Below are positions 16,314 through 26,593 of a stretch of 38,579 nt of DNA, in pieces (positions within the stretch are counted from its first letter, which is position 1; each line of letters begins with the position of its first letter). The notes under the pieces were generated by a model, which saw nothing but the letters and a program-made list of their open reading frames with translations, did no database searches and had not been told where the DNA came from. The DNA lies in the NCBI GenBank assembly GCA_946494015.1, contig CAMMBL010000004.1, positions 1-38,579 on the forward strand, given 5' to 3'. This DNA comes from an uncultured Mycoplasmatota bacterium. Its GTDB lineage: Bacteria > Bacillota_I > Bacilli_A > RF39 > UBA660. Position numbers and translations under genes: made by a program.

Positions 16314-16814
16314 ATGTATTATTATTTAAATAATTTTCTTTTATTTTCATTCTTTGGTTTTCTTTTTGAAAATATATTACACTTTATAACTACAGGAGAT
16401 TTTACTAATAATCCTTTCTATGGACCTTGGATGCCCATATATGGTTTTGGTGTAGTTATAATGATCTTTTTAACAAGACTAGTCTTTAATAGAGTAAAAT
16501 TAAATAGACCTTTAAAAGTAATTATTCTTTTTTTTAGTGTTACCATAATATTAACCGTTTTAGAATTATTAGGAGGATATTTAACAGAATTTATTTTTCA
16601 TAAAAGTTTTTGGGATTATACTGATTTAAAATTTAATATTGGTAAATATATTGCCTTAGAAGTAAGTTTAGGTTGGGGTAGCGCCTGTCTTATTTTCCTT
16701 TATATTATAAAACCTCTAACAGATAAATTTATTGAAAAGATTCCTAAAATTATAACAATTATATTAATATTACTAATTATTATTGATTTTATTTGTAGTT
16801 TCTTTTTAAAATAG
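16314..16814 (+). CDS. Putative ABC transporter permease (DUF1113-type membrane protein)
   Basis: FLLFSFFGFLFE, GPWMPIYGFG, LELLGGY, WDYTDLKFNIGKYI.L..S..WG. Confidence 0.85.
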   Translation: MYYYLNNFLLFSFFGFLFENILHFITTGDFTNNPFYGPWMPIYGFGVVIMIFLTRLVFNRVKLNRPLKVIILFFSVTIILTVLELLGGYLTEFIFHKSFWDYTDLKFNIGKYIALEVSLGWGSACLIFLYIIKPLTDKFIEKIPKIITIILILLIIIDFICSFFLK

Positions 16815-16828
16815 TATTGGTGATATTA

Positions 16829-17425
16829 ATGGAAGAAGAAGTAAAATATCTTATAACTAAATTAAATATGGATAACTTAACACAAAATGATATAGATAAA
16901 ATAAATTATTTAATGTTTAATTTTAATACCAAAATAATTTCTCCAGATCTAATATTAGTTTTAGCTAGTAATTCTATTAAAAGAATAGAAAAAGCTGTAG
17001 AATTATCTAAAACATATCATTTAAAAATTTTAATAAGTGGTGCTAACTATCTAAAAAAAGATAAGATGTATGAATATGAAAAATATTATATATATGCTAT
17101 AACACATGGTATTAAAGAAGATAATCTAATATTAGAAACAAAAAGTCAAAATACGTTAGAAAATATTTTATATTCCTTAAATATAATTAAAGATACATTT
17201 AAAAATATAATTATTGTAAGTAGTTCTCAACACTTGTTAAGAGTAAAACTAACATTAGAAAGAGAATTATCTAAAAATAATATAACTAATTTAAATTTTT
17301 TCTTTGTTCCTAGCTATGCTACTTTAGTACCTAAAGATACTTGGTATAAAAATAAGGAAGCTAAAAATATTATTAAAGGAGAATTAGAAAGACTTATTAC
17401 TTATAACTTAATAAAAAATGAGTAA
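16829..17425 (+). CDS. YdcF/DUF218 family protein
   Basis: ILISG, GIKEDNLILETKSQNTLENI, IIVSSSQHLLR. Confidence 0.85.
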   Translation: MEEEVKYLITKLNMDNLTQNDIDKINYLMFNFNTKIISPDLILVLASNSIKRIEKAVELSKTYHLKILISGANYLKKDKMYEYEKYYIYAITHGIKEDNLILETKSQNTLENILYSLNIIKDTFKNIIIVSSSQHLLRVKLTLERELSKNNITNLNFFFVPSYATLVPKDTWYKNKEAKNIIKGELERLITYNLIKNE

Positions 17426-17437
17426 ATATCAACCATA

Positions 17438-17836
17438 TTACTCATTTTTTAATTTATTATAAACACTTGCTATATCATTAACTTTATCTTTGTTAAAACA
17501 GCATTTAAATTCATCATTATTATATCTTGGAATTAAATGAATATGATAATGTTTAATATCTTGGCCATAATAGTTATTTTGACAAATAGTAAGTCCATCA
17601 ATATTAAGTTTTTCTTTTAAAAGTGGATATAAATTATTTTTAATAACATCAAGCATTTTTACAATAACATCATTTGGTGTTTCAAATAAATTTTCATAAT
17701 GTTCTTTAGGAATAACTAAAATATGTCCATCACTATTAGGGTTAACATCTAGAAAAGCTTTAACTGTTTCATCTTCATAAATAGTATATGAAGGAACATC
17801 TCCTTTAATTATTTTACAAAATAAACAATCTTTCAT
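17438..17836 (-). CDS. hit: HIT family hydrolase
   Basis: DCLFCKII.G..P, AFLDVNP...GH.LVIPK.H, HYHIHLIPR. ATG at 17836 follows AGGAGG. Confidence 0.95.
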   Translation of the reverse strand: MKDCLFCKIIKGDVPSYTIYEDETVKAFLDVNPNSDGHILVIPKEHYENLFETPNDVIVKMLDVIKNNLYPLLKEKLNIDGLTICQNNYYGQDIKHYHIHLIPRYNNDEFKCCFNKDKVNDIASVYNKLKNE

Positions 17837-17849
17837 AATTTTTTCCTCC

Positions 17850-18512
17850 TTAAATTTCAACCAATTTTATTATACCATTATTATCAAAAGTAATGCTATA
17901 ATTCCTAGCTTTTAATCCATTATTTAAAGCAATCATCTTAAAACTATTTATTAAATTATTAAGATAGACAGTATCTAAACTATCAACTTTAACATAATAA
18001 CTAACACTATAATAACCTGTATTATAAATATTATTATTTAAAATATCAGCCTGCTCATCTTCAGTATATTTATCTAAATCGTTAAATTTTACTTTAATTT
18101 TTTCATAATTAGTATTCTCAAAAACCTTATTATATTGCTTTAATACTTTCTTTTTAGCATTATCAATAACAGTTTTCCCTCTAACAAAATTGCTCTTATA
18201 GTTATCACTAATTTTATTATTTTTAGATTTAATCGTAAAATTTAAATTTTTAAAGTCTTTATCATAATAAGTAATACTGTAACTATTATCATTTTCATTG
18301 TATTTAAATTTTCCCTTTCTAACATCAAGGTTACTATAATTTTCATTATAATAATTATTAATTTTTTCTTCTTCTTTTTTAGCATTTAATTTAGGTAATT
18401 TTTCATTAATAATAACAGTTCCACAAAAAACTAAAATAACTCCTAAAAGTAAAGCTTGCCAAAAAATTAAAATATTTCTTTTTTTAACTGACATACTACT
18501 ACATATCACCAC
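17850..18512 (-). CDS. Hypothetical protein with N-terminal TM helix
   Basis: Hydrophobic segment then N/K/Y-rich ectodomain. The start may instead be ATG 18494. Confidence 0.65.
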   Translation of the reverse strand: MVICSSMSVKKRNILIFWQALLLGVILVFCGTVIINEKLPKLNAKKEEEKINNYYNENYSNLDVRKGKFKYNENDNSYSITYYDKDFKNLNFTIKSKNNKISDNYKSNFVRGKTVIDNAKKKVLKQYNKVFENTNYEKIKVKFNDLDKYTEDEQADILNNNIYNTGYYSVSYYVKVDSLDTVYLNNLINSFKMIALNNGLKARNYSITFDNNGIIKLVEI

Positions 18513-18636
18513 CTTCTTTTATTCTATCAAAACCTTCAATTATAAGCAATTATGTGTTACAATATAGCTGGAATTTCCTTGCAAATATTGACAATATAAG
18601 AATATATTCCATCATACAATTAGAAAGGGTGATAAA

Positions 18637-19401
18637 ATGTTTATAATAGATAAAATAAATGTAAAGACAACTGATACAAATAAAAAGATATTAAAAGACT
18701 TTTCACTTACAATAAAAGATGGAGAAATACATGCTATTATGGGACCAAATGGTGTAGGGAAAAGTACTTTATCGAAAGTAATAATGGCTAATAAAGATTA
18801 TATTATTACTAGTGGAACTATTACTTATAATAATAAAAAATTAAATAATTTAACGACCGATGAAATCGCTAGAAATGGTATTTATCTTATTATGCAAGAT
18901 CCATCTATAATAGATGGTGTAAGTAATAGTGAATGTCTTAGAACAGCCTTAAAAGAAAGAGATTCAACTGATACTAATCTTTATACATTTATTACTAAGA
19001 TGAAAACCGAAATAGAAACATTAAAATTACCATCTGATATTATGCATCGTTCAATAAATAAAGGCTTATCAGGAGGAGAAAGAAAGAAAAATGAAGTATT
19101 AGGACTAAAAATATTAAAGCCAAGTTTTATCATTTTAGATGAATTAGATAGTGGTCTTGATGTTGATAGTCTAAAAATAGTCGCTGAAAATATTAATAAT
19201 TATTTAAAAGAAAATAAAGATACAAGCGTTTTAATAATAACTCATTATAGTAGAATTTTAGATTTAATAAAACCTGATTATGTTCATCAAATGGAAGATG
19301 GTAAAATAATAAAAACTGGTAATATAACTCTTGCTAAAGAAATAGAAAAAACAGGATATACTGGGATAAATGAAATGCGAAAGAGAGATAGAAATGAATA
19401 A
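18637..19401 (+). CDS. sufC: Fe-S assembly ATPase SufC
   Basis: GEIHAIMGPNGVGKST, LSGGERKKNE, ILDELDSGLDVD, IITHY. Confidence 0.96.
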   Translation: MFIIDKINVKTTDTNKKILKDFSLTIKDGEIHAIMGPNGVGKSTLSKVIMANKDYIITSGTITYNNKKLNNLTTDEIARNGIYLIMQDPSIIDGVSNSECLRTALKERDSTDTNLYTFITKMKTEIETLKLPSDIMHRSINKGLSGGERKKNEVLGLKILKPSFIILDELDSGLDVDSLKIVAENINNYLKENKDTSVLIITHYSRILDLIKPDYVHQMEDGKIIKTGNITLAKEIEKTGYTGINEMRKRDRNE

Positions 19402-20065
19402 GATATTACTAGATAGTACTATTAGTTATGATAAAGAAGGTATTTATAAACAAGAACTTGAAAAAGATACAGTAATTAATATAAATAATTCTAATATTAA
19501 ACTATATTTACTGACTAAAGAAAGTATAAAAATTATAATTAATATTAATAGTGAAGTTGAAATCTATAATTTTACTACTACTAATTTAGATCTTACTTTA
19601 AATTTATTAAAAAATGCTAAAGTAAAGTTTTATCAAATGACAATAACAGATAAAAGAATTAAAAATATAATAACAGCAACTCATCAATATCAAGAAACAA
19701 TTAGTAATTTAATTTGTAATGGTATAAGTTATGGAAATGGTAATTTAAGTTTTATAGTTAATGGTATTATAAAAAAAGGAAATATAAATTCCATATGTAA
19801 CCAAACAAGCAGAATTATTAATATAGATGGGGGAAAAAGTTTAATTGAACCTAATCTATTTATCGATGAGTATGATTCTCTAGCTAATCATTCAGCATAT
19901 ACAGGGCCATTTGATGAGAAAACACTTTTCTATTTAGAAAGTAAGGGTATAAAAGAAGAAGAAGCCTTTAAGTTGCTTTTAAAAGGTTTATTTAAAAAAG
20001 AAACTTTACCAAAAGACTATGAAGAAATAATTGATCAAATATTAATAAAAGCATTAAGGAGGTGA
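19394..20065 (+). CDS. sufD: Fe-S assembly protein SufD (short form)
   Basis: PNLFIDEYD..ANHSA..G......LFYLESKGI; lies between sufC and sufS. Confidence 0.88.
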   Translation: MNKILLDSTISYDKEGIYKQELEKDTVININNSNIKLYLLTKESIKIIININSEVEIYNFTTTNLDLTLNLLKNAKVKFYQMTITDKRIKNIITATHQYQETISNLICNGISYGNGNLSFIVNGIIKKGNINSICNQTSRIINIDGGKSLIEPNLFIDEYDSLANHSAYTGPFDEKTLFYLESKGIKEEEAFKLLLKGLFKKETLPKDYEEIIDQILIKALRR

Positions 20066-21267
20066 TTATTATTAATCGTGAAGATTTTCCTATTTTAAAT
20101 AAGGATTTAATTTATTTTGATAATGGTGCGACTACTCTAAAACCTAAATGTGTTATAGATGCTATGAATGATTATTACTATAATTATGGAGCTAATATAC
20201 ATAGAGGAGATTATAAAATTTCTCTTGAAGCTAGTAATGCTTATGAAGAAGTAAGAAATAAAGTAGCTAGATTTATAAATGCTAAAAGTGCTAATGAAAT
20301 AGTATTTACAAGTGGAGCGACTGATTCTTTAAATAAAATAGTCTTTGGCTTTATGAAAAACTATTTAGATGAAAATGATGAAGTTCTCCTTACTAAAAGT
20401 GAACATGCTTCTAATGTTTTACCATGGTTAGAACTTGCTAAAATTAAAAATATTAAAATAAAATATATTCCCTTAAATCAACAACATGAATTAACTATTG
20501 AAAAAGTTAAAGAATCTATTAATAAAAATACCAAAGTAATTTCAATTGCTGCTATTACTAATGTAGTAGGTGATGTTAGAGATATTAATAAAATAAGTAA
20601 AATAGCTCATGAAAATAATATTATTTTAGTAGTAGATGGAGCTCAAAGTGTTCCTCATATGAAAACAGATGTTATCAAAGATGATATTGATTTTCTAGCT
20701 TTTTCAGCACATAAAATGTTAGGACCTACAGGAGTAGGTGTTTTATATGGTAAAACAAAATATTTAGAAAAAATGGCTCCTATAGAATTTGGTGGCGGTA
20801 TGAACCAATATTTTGAAGTAGATGGAGAAGTAGAATATAAAAGTATTCCAACTAGATTTGAAGCTGGTACACCACCTATTTCTGAAGTAATAGGACTAGG
20901 AAAAGCGCTTGATTACCTTGAAAGTATTGGTATGGATAAAATCTATAATTATGAAAAAGAATTAAAGCATTATTTAATTAATAAATTAAAGAAAAATCCT
21001 AAAATAATACTATATAATGAAAGTAGTGAAAGTGGGATACTTGCTTTTAATCTTGAAGGAATATTTAGTCAAGATACAGCCATCTATTTAGATCATTATA
21101 ATATCTGCCTTCGAGCTGGAAACCATTGTGCTAAAATTTTAAAAGATGAGATAAATATAAAAAATACTTGTAGAATTAGTTTATATTTTTATAATACTAA
21201 AGAAGAAATTGATAAACTTGTTGAAATTTTAGAAAAAAGTGATGATTTATATAAAATAATATTGTAA
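20062..21267 (+). CDS. sufS: Cysteine desulfurase SufS
   Basis: YFDNGATT, DGAQS, FSAHKMLGPTG, RFEAGTP, RAGNHCA. Confidence 0.97.
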   Translation: MIIINREDFPILNKDLIYFDNGATTLKPKCVIDAMNDYYYNYGANIHRGDYKISLEASNAYEEVRNKVARFINAKSANEIVFTSGATDSLNKIVFGFMKNYLDENDEVLLTKSEHASNVLPWLELAKIKNIKIKYIPLNQQHELTIEKVKESINKNTKVISIAAITNVVGDVRDINKISKIAHENNIILVVDGAQSVPHMKTDVIKDDIDFLAFSAHKMLGPTGVGVLYGKTKYLEKMAPIEFGGGMNQYFEVDGEVEYKSIPTRFEAGTPPISEVIGLGKALDYLESIGMDKIYNYEKELKHYLINKLKKNPKIILYNESSESGILAFNLEGIFSQDTAIYLDHYNICLRAGNHCAKILKDEINIKNTCRISLYFYNTKEEIDKLVEILEKSDDLYKIIL

Positions 21268-21285
21268 AAAAGAAAGGAGTACCTA

Positions 21286-21726
21286 ATGGATAGTGAATTA
21301 AAAAGAGAAATAATTGTTGATAATTATCAAAATCCTTATCATAAAGGCTTAAAAAACCAACCAGATTATATAAAAGCAAATACAAATAATGAATCATGTA
21401 TTGATAATATTGATATAGAACTAAAAATAGAAGATGGTAAAATTATTGATGCTAACTTCGATGGAGAAGCTTGTGCTATTTCCACATCAGCTACCTCTAT
21501 TTTCTTAAGAAAAATAATTGGTAAAACTATAGAAGAAGTAAAAGAGTTAATTAATAACTATGAAAACTTAATTAATGAAAAAGACTATGATGAAAACAAA
21601 TTAGGAGAATTAATGGCATATGATACGATTTATTTACAGCCTAATAGGAAAACTTGTGCCTTATTACCAGTTAATACAATAGAAAAAATCTTATTACAAA
21701 TGGAGGAGGAGAAAAATTGGAAATAA
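21286..21726 (+). CDS. sufU: SufU (NifU-family) protein
   Basis: N.SC.D, FDGEACAISTSA, R.TCALLP. Confidence 0.95.
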   Translation: MDSELKREIIVDNYQNPYHKGLKNQPDYIKANTNNESCIDNIDIELKIEDGKIIDANFDGEACAISTSATSIFLRKIIGKTIEEVKELINNYENLINEKDYDENKLGELMAYDTIYLQPNRKTCALLPVNTIEKILLQMEEEKNWK

Positions 21727-23027
21727 AAGGCCTTACTAAAGATAATATTATTAAAATATCAGAACATAAAAAAGAAAGTGATTGGGTCAAAGATTATCGA
21801 TTAAAGTCCTATGAATATTTTACTAAATTTAATAAAAAATTGCCTTTTGGACCAGAATTTAATATTAATTTTGATGATATCATCTATTATAAATCAGCGA
21901 CAGATGATTTAACTAATGACTGGAATCAAGTATTAAAGCCTATTAGAAGTGAACTAGATTCCCTTGGTGTTTTAGAAAGTGAACAATATATGGATGGTAT
22001 GGGTGTTCAATATGAAAGTGAAGTTATTTATCATAACATGATTAAAGAATTAACTGATAAAAAAGTAATTTTTACATCAATAGATAATGCTATTAGAACA
22101 TATCCTGATCTTGTGAAAAAATATTTTGGTAAGATTGTCAAAAATACTGATAATTTATATACAGCTTTAAATGGATCAGTTTTCTCAGGTGGCAGTTTTA
22201 TATATATACCTCCACATACTAAATTAAATCGCCCCCTTCAAAGTTATTTTCGTATTAATAGTAAGGGTATGGGTCAATTTGAGAGAACTTTAATAATTGT
22301 TGATGATGATAGTGAATTGCATTATATAGAAGGATGTACTGCTCCAACTTATGCTGAATCATCACTACATGCCGCAGTTGTTGAAATATATGTAGGAAAA
22401 AGAAGTAAATGCCGCTATACTACTGTCCAAAATTGGGCAATTAATGTATATAATTTAGTAACTAAAAGAGCCTTCGTTGAAGAAGATGGAATAATGGAAT
22501 GGATAGATGGTAATATTGGAAGTAAATTAACAATGAAGTATCCCTGCTGTATTTTAAAAGGTAATAATTCTATGGGAACATGTATCACCATAAGTGTTGC
22601 TTCTAATGAGCAAATTCAAGATACTGGAGCTAGAATGATCCATTTAGGTAAAAATACTAAAAGCAAAATAATTTCTAAAAGTATTGCCAGAAATAAAGGA
22701 AATGCTACTTATAGAGGAAGTGTAAAAATAAATGAAGATGCCACTAACTCATACTCTATGATAAAATGTGACACTTTAATACTAGATAAAGATAGTATTA
22801 GTGATACAGTACCTACAAATATTGTTTCTAATACTACTAGTACTATTGAACATGAAGCGACTGTTTCTAAAATAAGCGATGCTAATATTTTTTATTTAGA
22901 AAGTAAAGGTATTCCTAAAGAAAAATGTGAAGAATTAATAATTTTAGGATTTCTTGAAGAATTTAGAAAAGAACTTCCTATGGAATATGCTGTTGAGTTA
23001 AATCAACTTTTAAAAAGAAACTTATAA
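21717..23027 (+). CDS. sufB: Fe-S assembly protein SufB
   Basis: QYESEV, PLQSYFRIN, GQFERTLI, YIEGCTAP, LHAAVVE, EHEATVSKI, ELPMEYAVE. Confidence 0.97.
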   Translation: MEIKGLTKDNIIKISEHKKESDWVKDYRLKSYEYFTKFNKKLPFGPEFNINFDDIIYYKSATDDLTNDWNQVLKPIRSELDSLGVLESEQYMDGMGVQYESEVIYHNMIKELTDKKVIFTSIDNAIRTYPDLVKKYFGKIVKNTDNLYTALNGSVFSGGSFIYIPPHTKLNRPLQSYFRINSKGMGQFERTLIIVDDDSELHYIEGCTAPTYAESSLHAAVVEIYVGKRSKCRYTTVQNWAINVYNLVTKRAFVEEDGIMEWIDGNIGSKLTMKYPCCILKGNNSMGTCITISVASNEQIQDTGARMIHLGKNTKSKIISKSIARNKGNATYRGSVKINEDATNSYSMIKCDTLILDKDSISDTVPTNIVSNTTSTIEHEATVSKISDANIFYLESKGIPKEKCEELIILGFLEEFRKELPMEYAVELNQLLKRNL

Positions 23028-23085
23028 ATTTAAATTTCTTCTATCTAAATAAAAGTAAAAAAAGAAAATACTAAAATAGATTTTA

Positions 23086-23122
23086 AAAAATAGTAAAGTT
23101 AATAACAGACTTTACTATTTTT
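23086..23122 (+). terminator. suf operon terminator
   Basis: AAAAATAGTAAAGT...ACTTTACTATTTTT, a 14-bp inverted repeat. Confidence 0.75.
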
Positions 23123-23178
23123 CTTCTTTTGCTACCAATAGATGATTATGATAAGTTAATTAGCGAAAGGAGATATTT

Positions 23179-23526
23179 ATGTTAAATAGTTTAATTTTAG
23201 TAGGGCGCTTAACTAAAGAAATTGATATAAAAGAAACAGAAACTGGAAAGAAAGTAGGTACCTTATCTTTAGCAATTCCAAGAAGCTTTAAGAATATGGA
23301 TGGAATATATGAAACAGATTTTATAAACTGTACTCTTTGGGAAGAAAAAGCTAAAATTACAAAAGAATATTGTAAAGTTGGAGATATAGTAGGGATTAGA
23401 GGCCGTTTACAAAGTAAAATTATTGATACAAAAGATGGTAAAAGATATTTCTTAGAAGTAGTAGCCGAAAAAATTACCTTTTTATCAAGTAAACCAAAAA
23501 ATGATGTCAAAACTATCGATAATTAG
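23179..23526 (+). CDS. ssb: Single-stranded DNA-binding protein, short SsbB type
   Basis: LNSLILVGRLTK, ETDFINC.LW, GDIVGIRGRLQS, EVVAEKITFL. 115 aa with no DDDLPF tail. Confidence 0.92.
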   Translation: MLNSLILVGRLTKEIDIKETETGKKVGTLSLAIPRSFKNMDGIYETDFINCTLWEEKAKITKEYCKVGDIVGIRGRLQSKIIDTKDGKRYFLEVVAEKITFLSSKPKNDVKTIDN

Positions 23527-23566
23527 CCTTTTTTTCTTTTATTTTACAATGCTTGTTAAATAACCG

Positions 23567-23595
23567 TTGACTTTCTTTTTTAATCGCCGTATAGT
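23567..23595 (+). promoter_or_regulatory. SigA-type promoter
   Basis: TTGACT-N17-TATAGT. Confidence 0.65.
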
Positions 23596-23626
23596 TTAAT
23601 CAATAATGAATTAAGGAGAGACAAAT

Positions 23627-23980
23627 ATGTTACTAAGTAAACGTTTAAAAGAATTGCGTATTAATAATGGATTAACGCAACGTGAGTTGGGCGAGCGTGT
23701 AAATGTTACAAAAGTTAGTATTTGTTGTTATGAAAACGGTACTAGAACCCCAACATTAGAAACACTAACTAAATTAGGAGAAGTACTAAATGTAAGTACA
23801 GATGAACTCTTAGGTTATGATAATTCTGTAGGTGAATCTGGAAGAAATAAGCATATAACAAAAATGGCTAAAGAAGAAATAAAGTTTATTTTAGAATTAA
23901 GAAAAAATAAAAAAATTTATGAAGCTATTTTGGAAGATCCTAAACAAGTATGTGAATTAATTAATAAAAAGTTACAATAA
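23627..23980 (+). CDS. XRE-family transcriptional regulator
   Basis: RLKELR...GLTQRELG....V....I..YENG.R.P....L.KL...LNVSTDELLG. Confidence 0.92.
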   Translation: MLLSKRLKELRINNGLTQRELGERVNVTKVSICCYENGTRTPTLETLTKLGEVLNVSTDELLGYDNSVGESGRNKHITKMAKEEIKFILELRKNKKIYEAILEDPKQVCELINKKLQ

Positions 23981-24006
23981 TAGCCTTGTATTTATAGGCT
24001 ATTTTT
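23979..24006 (+). terminator. Intrinsic terminator
   Basis: AATAGCCT...AGGCTATT followed by T-run. Confidence 0.65.
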
Positions 24007-24035
24007 ATTATATTATTTTTATAGAGGGTGTAAAA

Positions 24036-25259
24036 ATGATATTAGATATAATTAATAAAAAAGCAAATAATTATGAATTAACCAAAGAAGAACTTGAAAC
24101 TATTTTTTTAGGATATTTAAAAGGAGAAGTTAAAGACTATCAAATGAGTGCCTTTTTAATGGCTATTAAAATAAATGACATGAGTGATAGTGAAATTTTT
24201 GCTTTAACAGATATTTTTATTAAAAGTGGAGATATACTTGATCTAAGTTATATAAAAGGGCCTAAAGTAGATAAACATTCAACAGGAGGTGTAGGAGATA
24301 AAACAACGTTAATAGTTGCTCCTCTTGTTGCAAGTTGTAATATTCCAGTTATTAAAATGAGTGGTAGAGGTTTAGGATATACAGGAGGGACTATAGATAA
24401 ATTAGAAGCTATTCCAGGCTTTAAAGTTTCTCTAACAGAAGATGAGATAAAAAAGCAAGCTGAAGATATAGGGTTAGTTATTATTAGTCAGACAAAAGAT
24501 TTAGCTCCACTTGATAAAAAAATATATGCTCTAAGAGATGTAAGTGGAACTACTGATTCTATTCCTTTAATTGCTAGTAGTATTATGAGTAAGAAAATAG
24601 CTGGTGGAGCTGATAAGATAGTAATAGATATTAAAGTAGGTAAAGGCGCCTTAATAAAAAATGAAGAAGCAGCAAAAAGATTATCAAGTTTAGTTATTAA
24701 AATAGGATCATATTATCAAAAAGAAGTTAGAACTATAATTTCTAATATGGATAGACCATTAGGAAATAATATTGGTAATTTATTAGAAGTAATAGAAGCT
24801 ATAGATATTTTAGATAATAAAAAGAAGGGAAACTTATATGACTTATCTATAGAGATAGCTAGTAAAATGCTTTCTATGGCCAAAAATATTCAAGAAGAAG
24901 AAGCAAGAAAAGAAATAATTACTAATTTGAATAATAAAAAAGGTTTAGAGAAATTTTTTGAATTTGTTAAATATCAACATGGTAATCTTGAAAATGTTGA
25001 AGTAAAAGCTAAAGTATACAATATAAAAGCTAATAAAGATGGTATTTTAAAAGATATAGATGCTCTAAATATTGCTAAGTTATCTCTAAACTTAGGAGCT
25101 GGAAGAAAAACTAAAGATGATAAAATAGATTATAATGCTGGAATTGTAATTAAAAAAAATATAGGTGAAGAAATAAAAAAAGGAGATATTTTAGCTTCAT
25201 TATATACTAATGTTGACAGTATAAACTTTAATATTGAAAGAATATTTGAAATTTCTTGA
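24036..25259 (+). CDS. pdp: Pyrimidine-nucleoside (thymidine) phosphorylase
   Basis: DKHSTGGVGDK, KMSGRGLG.TGGTIDKLE, YALRDV, SIMSKKIA, LGAGR. Confidence 0.96.
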   Translation: MILDIINKKANNYELTKEELETIFLGYLKGEVKDYQMSAFLMAIKINDMSDSEIFALTDIFIKSGDILDLSYIKGPKVDKHSTGGVGDKTTLIVAPLVASCNIPVIKMSGRGLGYTGGTIDKLEAIPGFKVSLTEDEIKKQAEDIGLVIISQTKDLAPLDKKIYALRDVSGTTDSIPLIASSIMSKKIAGGADKIVIDIKVGKGALIKNEEAAKRLSSLVIKIGSYYQKEVRTIISNMDRPLGNNIGNLLEVIEAIDILDNKKKGNLYDLSIEIASKMLSMAKNIQEEEARKEIITNLNNKKGLEKFFEFVKYQHGNLENVEVKAKVYNIKANKDGILKDIDALNIAKLSLNLGAGRKTKDDKIDYNAGIVIKKNIGEEIKKGDILASLYTNVDSINFNIERIFEIS

Positions 25260-25306
25260 AAAAAATAATTTGTTTTGTTATACTGAACATAAGGTAAGGT
25301 GAAAAT

Positions 25307-26593
25307 ATGAGTACTAAGATGAGTAGTAAAACAAAAGTAAGAAAAACAAAAGAAACAAGAAAAAATGATAAATTTGATGAAGGAATGGATAATGTAAAGA
25401 AAATTGGAATAGTTTCATGCTGCTTAATAGGAATACTAATAGTAGTAAGCTTTTTTATTGATCCTAATGAATCATATGGTGCTGGCTTTTTACAACAATT
25501 ACCTGATAGTTTCCAATCAGGAATGACAACTGGCAATCAAACATTAATATATGATGATAATAATGAAATTACATTACCTAAAGAATTCTATGGTCAAACA
25601 GCAAGTGGAGAGAGATTAAGTTACATTTACTGTATGGATAGAAATAAAGGAATGTTAGGAAATAAAACTTATAGTAAAGGGGTATCAGTAAAAGATAATG
25701 TTGCCATTCCAGGTGCTGAAAGTGTTTATAAAACTTATCCAGGTCTAATTTATATTTTGCAAAATGATAATTTAGGAGGAACTAGTGAAGAAAACTATTA
25801 TTTAACTCAATTAGCTGTATGGTGGTATATTGACCGTGCTAATGGAATAGATGATAATACTAACTATAGTGCTTATGGTGTTAAAGTGGAAACACCTGAA
25901 AGTAGTAAAACTGATAAATATGATGAATATGGTAATTATAAATTCTATAATAATTTATCAGTATTAGATAAGCAAACAATTAAAAGCAATGCAAAATATG
26001 GTCAAAAAATAGTAAGTCTTGTTGAAGGGGCAATTGCTAATGCGGCTAATTATCCTATCTCAGGAGGAAGTCAAGATATTAATATAGATAATGCTTCTAT
26101 TACTTATAATATGACTAATGATTATATTGAAACTAGTGTAATAAGACCAACTAGTTCTAATCCAAATTTTGAAAGTTATTCTATTCAAATAAATGATGCT
26201 GTAGGAAATGTTCAAATTGTAGATGAAAATAATAATCCTCTTGCAAGTACTTCTATAAGTGCAGGAACAGGATTCAAACTACGTGTACCTGTATCTGAAG
26301 TAGAAAATAGTACATTTAAAGCCAATATAACTGTTGTAGGTTATTTCAAAGATTGGTATGATGCGTATATTTATAATCCAGAAAAGAATAATGTAGAATT
26401 ACAAAGAGCTTTACTTGGAATTATTGAAAAACCATCTGTATCAACAAGTGTTAATTTAGAAGCTCCTAGCATTAATGTACCTAACACTAGTAAAAATTCA
26501 TTCTTAGTATATGGAATAGGTGCTTTAATCATAGTAGCTGGTATTATCTTAATAGTTGTGGCTAAAAAACCAAATAATGCAAAGAAAAAATAG
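25307..26593 (+). CDS. Cys-Gln thioester-domain (TED/TQXA) cell-surface protein, sortase substrate
   Basis: Signal/TM segment, YIYCMD (Cys109), TQLAVWWY, AYIYNP...ELQR (Gln366), then VPNTS plus TM helix and Lys tail. Confidence 0.85.
   Translation: MSTKMSSKTKVRKTKETRKNDKFDEGMDNVKKIGIVSCCLIGILIVVSFFIDPNESYGAGFLQQLPDSFQSGMTTGNQTLIYDDNNEITLPKEFYGQTASGERLSYIYCMDRNKGMLGNKTYSKGVSVKDNVAIPGAESVYKTYPGLIYILQNDNLGGTSEENYYLTQLAVWWYIDRANGIDDNTNYSAYGVKVETPESSKTDKYDEYGNYKFYNNLSVLDKQTIKSNAKYGQKIVSLVEGAIANAANYPISGGSQDINIDNASITYNMTNDYIETSVIRPTSSNPNFESYSIQINDAVGNVQIVDENNNPLASTSISAGTGFKLRVPVSEVENSTFKANITVVGYFKDWYDAYIYNPEKNNVELQRALLGIIEKPSVSTSVNLEAPSINVPNTSKNSFLVYGIGALIIVAGIILIVVAKKPNNAKKK

Noticed and set aside
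21197-21397. 66-aa minus-strand ORF
   Set aside because: Antisense to the sufS/sufU junction.
23160-23510. 116-aa minus-strand ORF
   Set aside because: Antisense shadow of ssb.
23627-23980. ssb + XRE as a prophage remnant
   Set aside because: No integrase, structural genes or att repeats nearby; flanked by housekeeping genes.
25228-25536. 102-aa minus-strand ORF
   Set aside because: Antisense to pdp end and the TED gene start.
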